A stretch of DNA of 64,000 nt from positions 1 to 64,000 of the forward strand of contig CAUYUJ010000073.1 of the NCBI GenBank assembly GCA_963575745.1, given 5' to 3'. A program made the translations under genes and the position numbers. The stretch comes from Prorocentrum cordatum. Lineage: Eukaryota. Below are positions 63,262 to 64,000 of the stretch, piece after piece (positions within the stretch are counted from its first letter, which is position 1; every line of letters starts with the position of its first letter). Under the pieces are notes generated by a model, which saw only the letters and a list, made by a program, of their open reading frames with translations, made no database searches and was not told the origin of the DNA.

Positions 63262-64000
63262 GAGACCAAGTGCGACGCCGAGGCGGAGGCAACCGTGGCA
63301 GCGCCGCTGGCCTCGCCAAAGTCGCGGCCGCCGTCGCTACGACAGGAAGCGGCGGCGCCAGTGCTGGCACCCACGTGGCTCGACGCGGGCGTGGCGGCCG
63401 CGTTGTTCCGCGAGGCTGCGGCGGTGCTGGTGTCTTTGGAGCCCGCTGGGCAGCTCTGCTGTGAGATCTGCGAGCTGCTCTCACCGGGAACCCCTGGCTC
63501 CGACTGCAGCCATGACCACGACTCGGAGGGGCGATTGCTCGCGCGGGCGCAGCAGCGGGCGCAGCGCTGGCTTCCGCGCCTGGACACGCTCGCGGGCCAG
63601 CTGGAGTTTGAGGCCAAGGAGGCTGACGCGCGGGCGCAGCGGGTGAACCCCAGAGGTGTGCTGGAAGACGCCCGCTTCGTGTGCTCTGCAGCGGGGCCCG
63701 CCGTGCAGCGGATGCAGACCGACCTGGGGGCGGCCGCGGCCGTAGGGGCACTGACCCTACAGGACGAGCTCGAGCAGTTCGCGGCCGACGTGGCGTCGGG
63801 TGCCTGCGGGGGCCGAGGAGGGCCGATGGCTGGCCCAGGCATGCCCGAGGCCCTCTCCGAACTGTGGGCGGGGTTCGGTGGCGCTGCAAAAGGGTACGCC
63901 TCCTTCGTGGAGGAGGTCGCGAAGGTGCCCTGCCCTGGAGAGGCCCTCGGCGCCGGCGCGGCGTGGCGCCGCCTCCTCGCCGAGGTGGAGGTCGCGCTGC
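63262..64000 (+). CDS. Partial dynamin-related protein (ARC5/DRP5-like middle domain), open to the window end
   Basis: The frame starting at 63262 is stop-free to 64000 (absent from the track because it has no stop): ..AQRWLPRLDTLAGQLEFEAKEADARAQ..GALTLQDELEQF..ALGAGAAWRRLLAEVEVAL. TLQDE and GAAWRRLLAE resemble ARC5 GETLQDE and YGGAQYHRAMAEF as recalled. AG|G acceptor after a pyrimidine tract at 63260-63262. Confidence 0.55.

Overview
This is GC-rich, repeat-dominated eukaryotic DNA, not prokaryotic. A 21-nt perfect match to the dinoflagellate spliced leader (DinoSL) at 29754-29774 (- strand) points to a dinoflagellate; Prorocentrum-like is only an inference from GC content and repeat style. 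Much of the window is microsatellite ((ACT)n, (ACG)n, (GGA)n, (CA)n, (CAT)n), minisatellite, short terminal-inverted-repeat elements (MITE-like) and GC-rich interspersed repeats, so nearly all ORFs in the track are artefacts. Five segments carry real coding signal. (1) A ~7.2-kb, recently decayed non-LTR retrotransposon (22543-29774, -): ORF1 has a RanBP2-type zinc finger and coiled coil; ORF2 has APE, RT, CCHC, an RNase H stub and Cys/His fingers. Its 5' end is a full DinoSL followed by a relict SL, its 3' end runs into (CCT)n, and it sits in a (CCT)n/(GGA)n tract. (2) An older LINE remnant at ~15250-17840 (+). (3) An open PPR-derived ORF built from a 93-bp minisatellite (20011-21642, -). (4) An intronless multi-pass membrane protein ORF with a Cys motif (31427-33691, +). 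(5) An ARC5/DRP5-like dynamin ORF running off the right edge (63262-64000, +). The strongest candidates for an undescribed system are the SL-trans-spliced, apparently microsatellite-targeting LINE and four repeats that all end in a hairpin followed by GGCGGAT (rolling-circle-like termini). No rRNA, tRNA or CRISPR array was found. All family assignments come from motif reading by eye; no database search was run.
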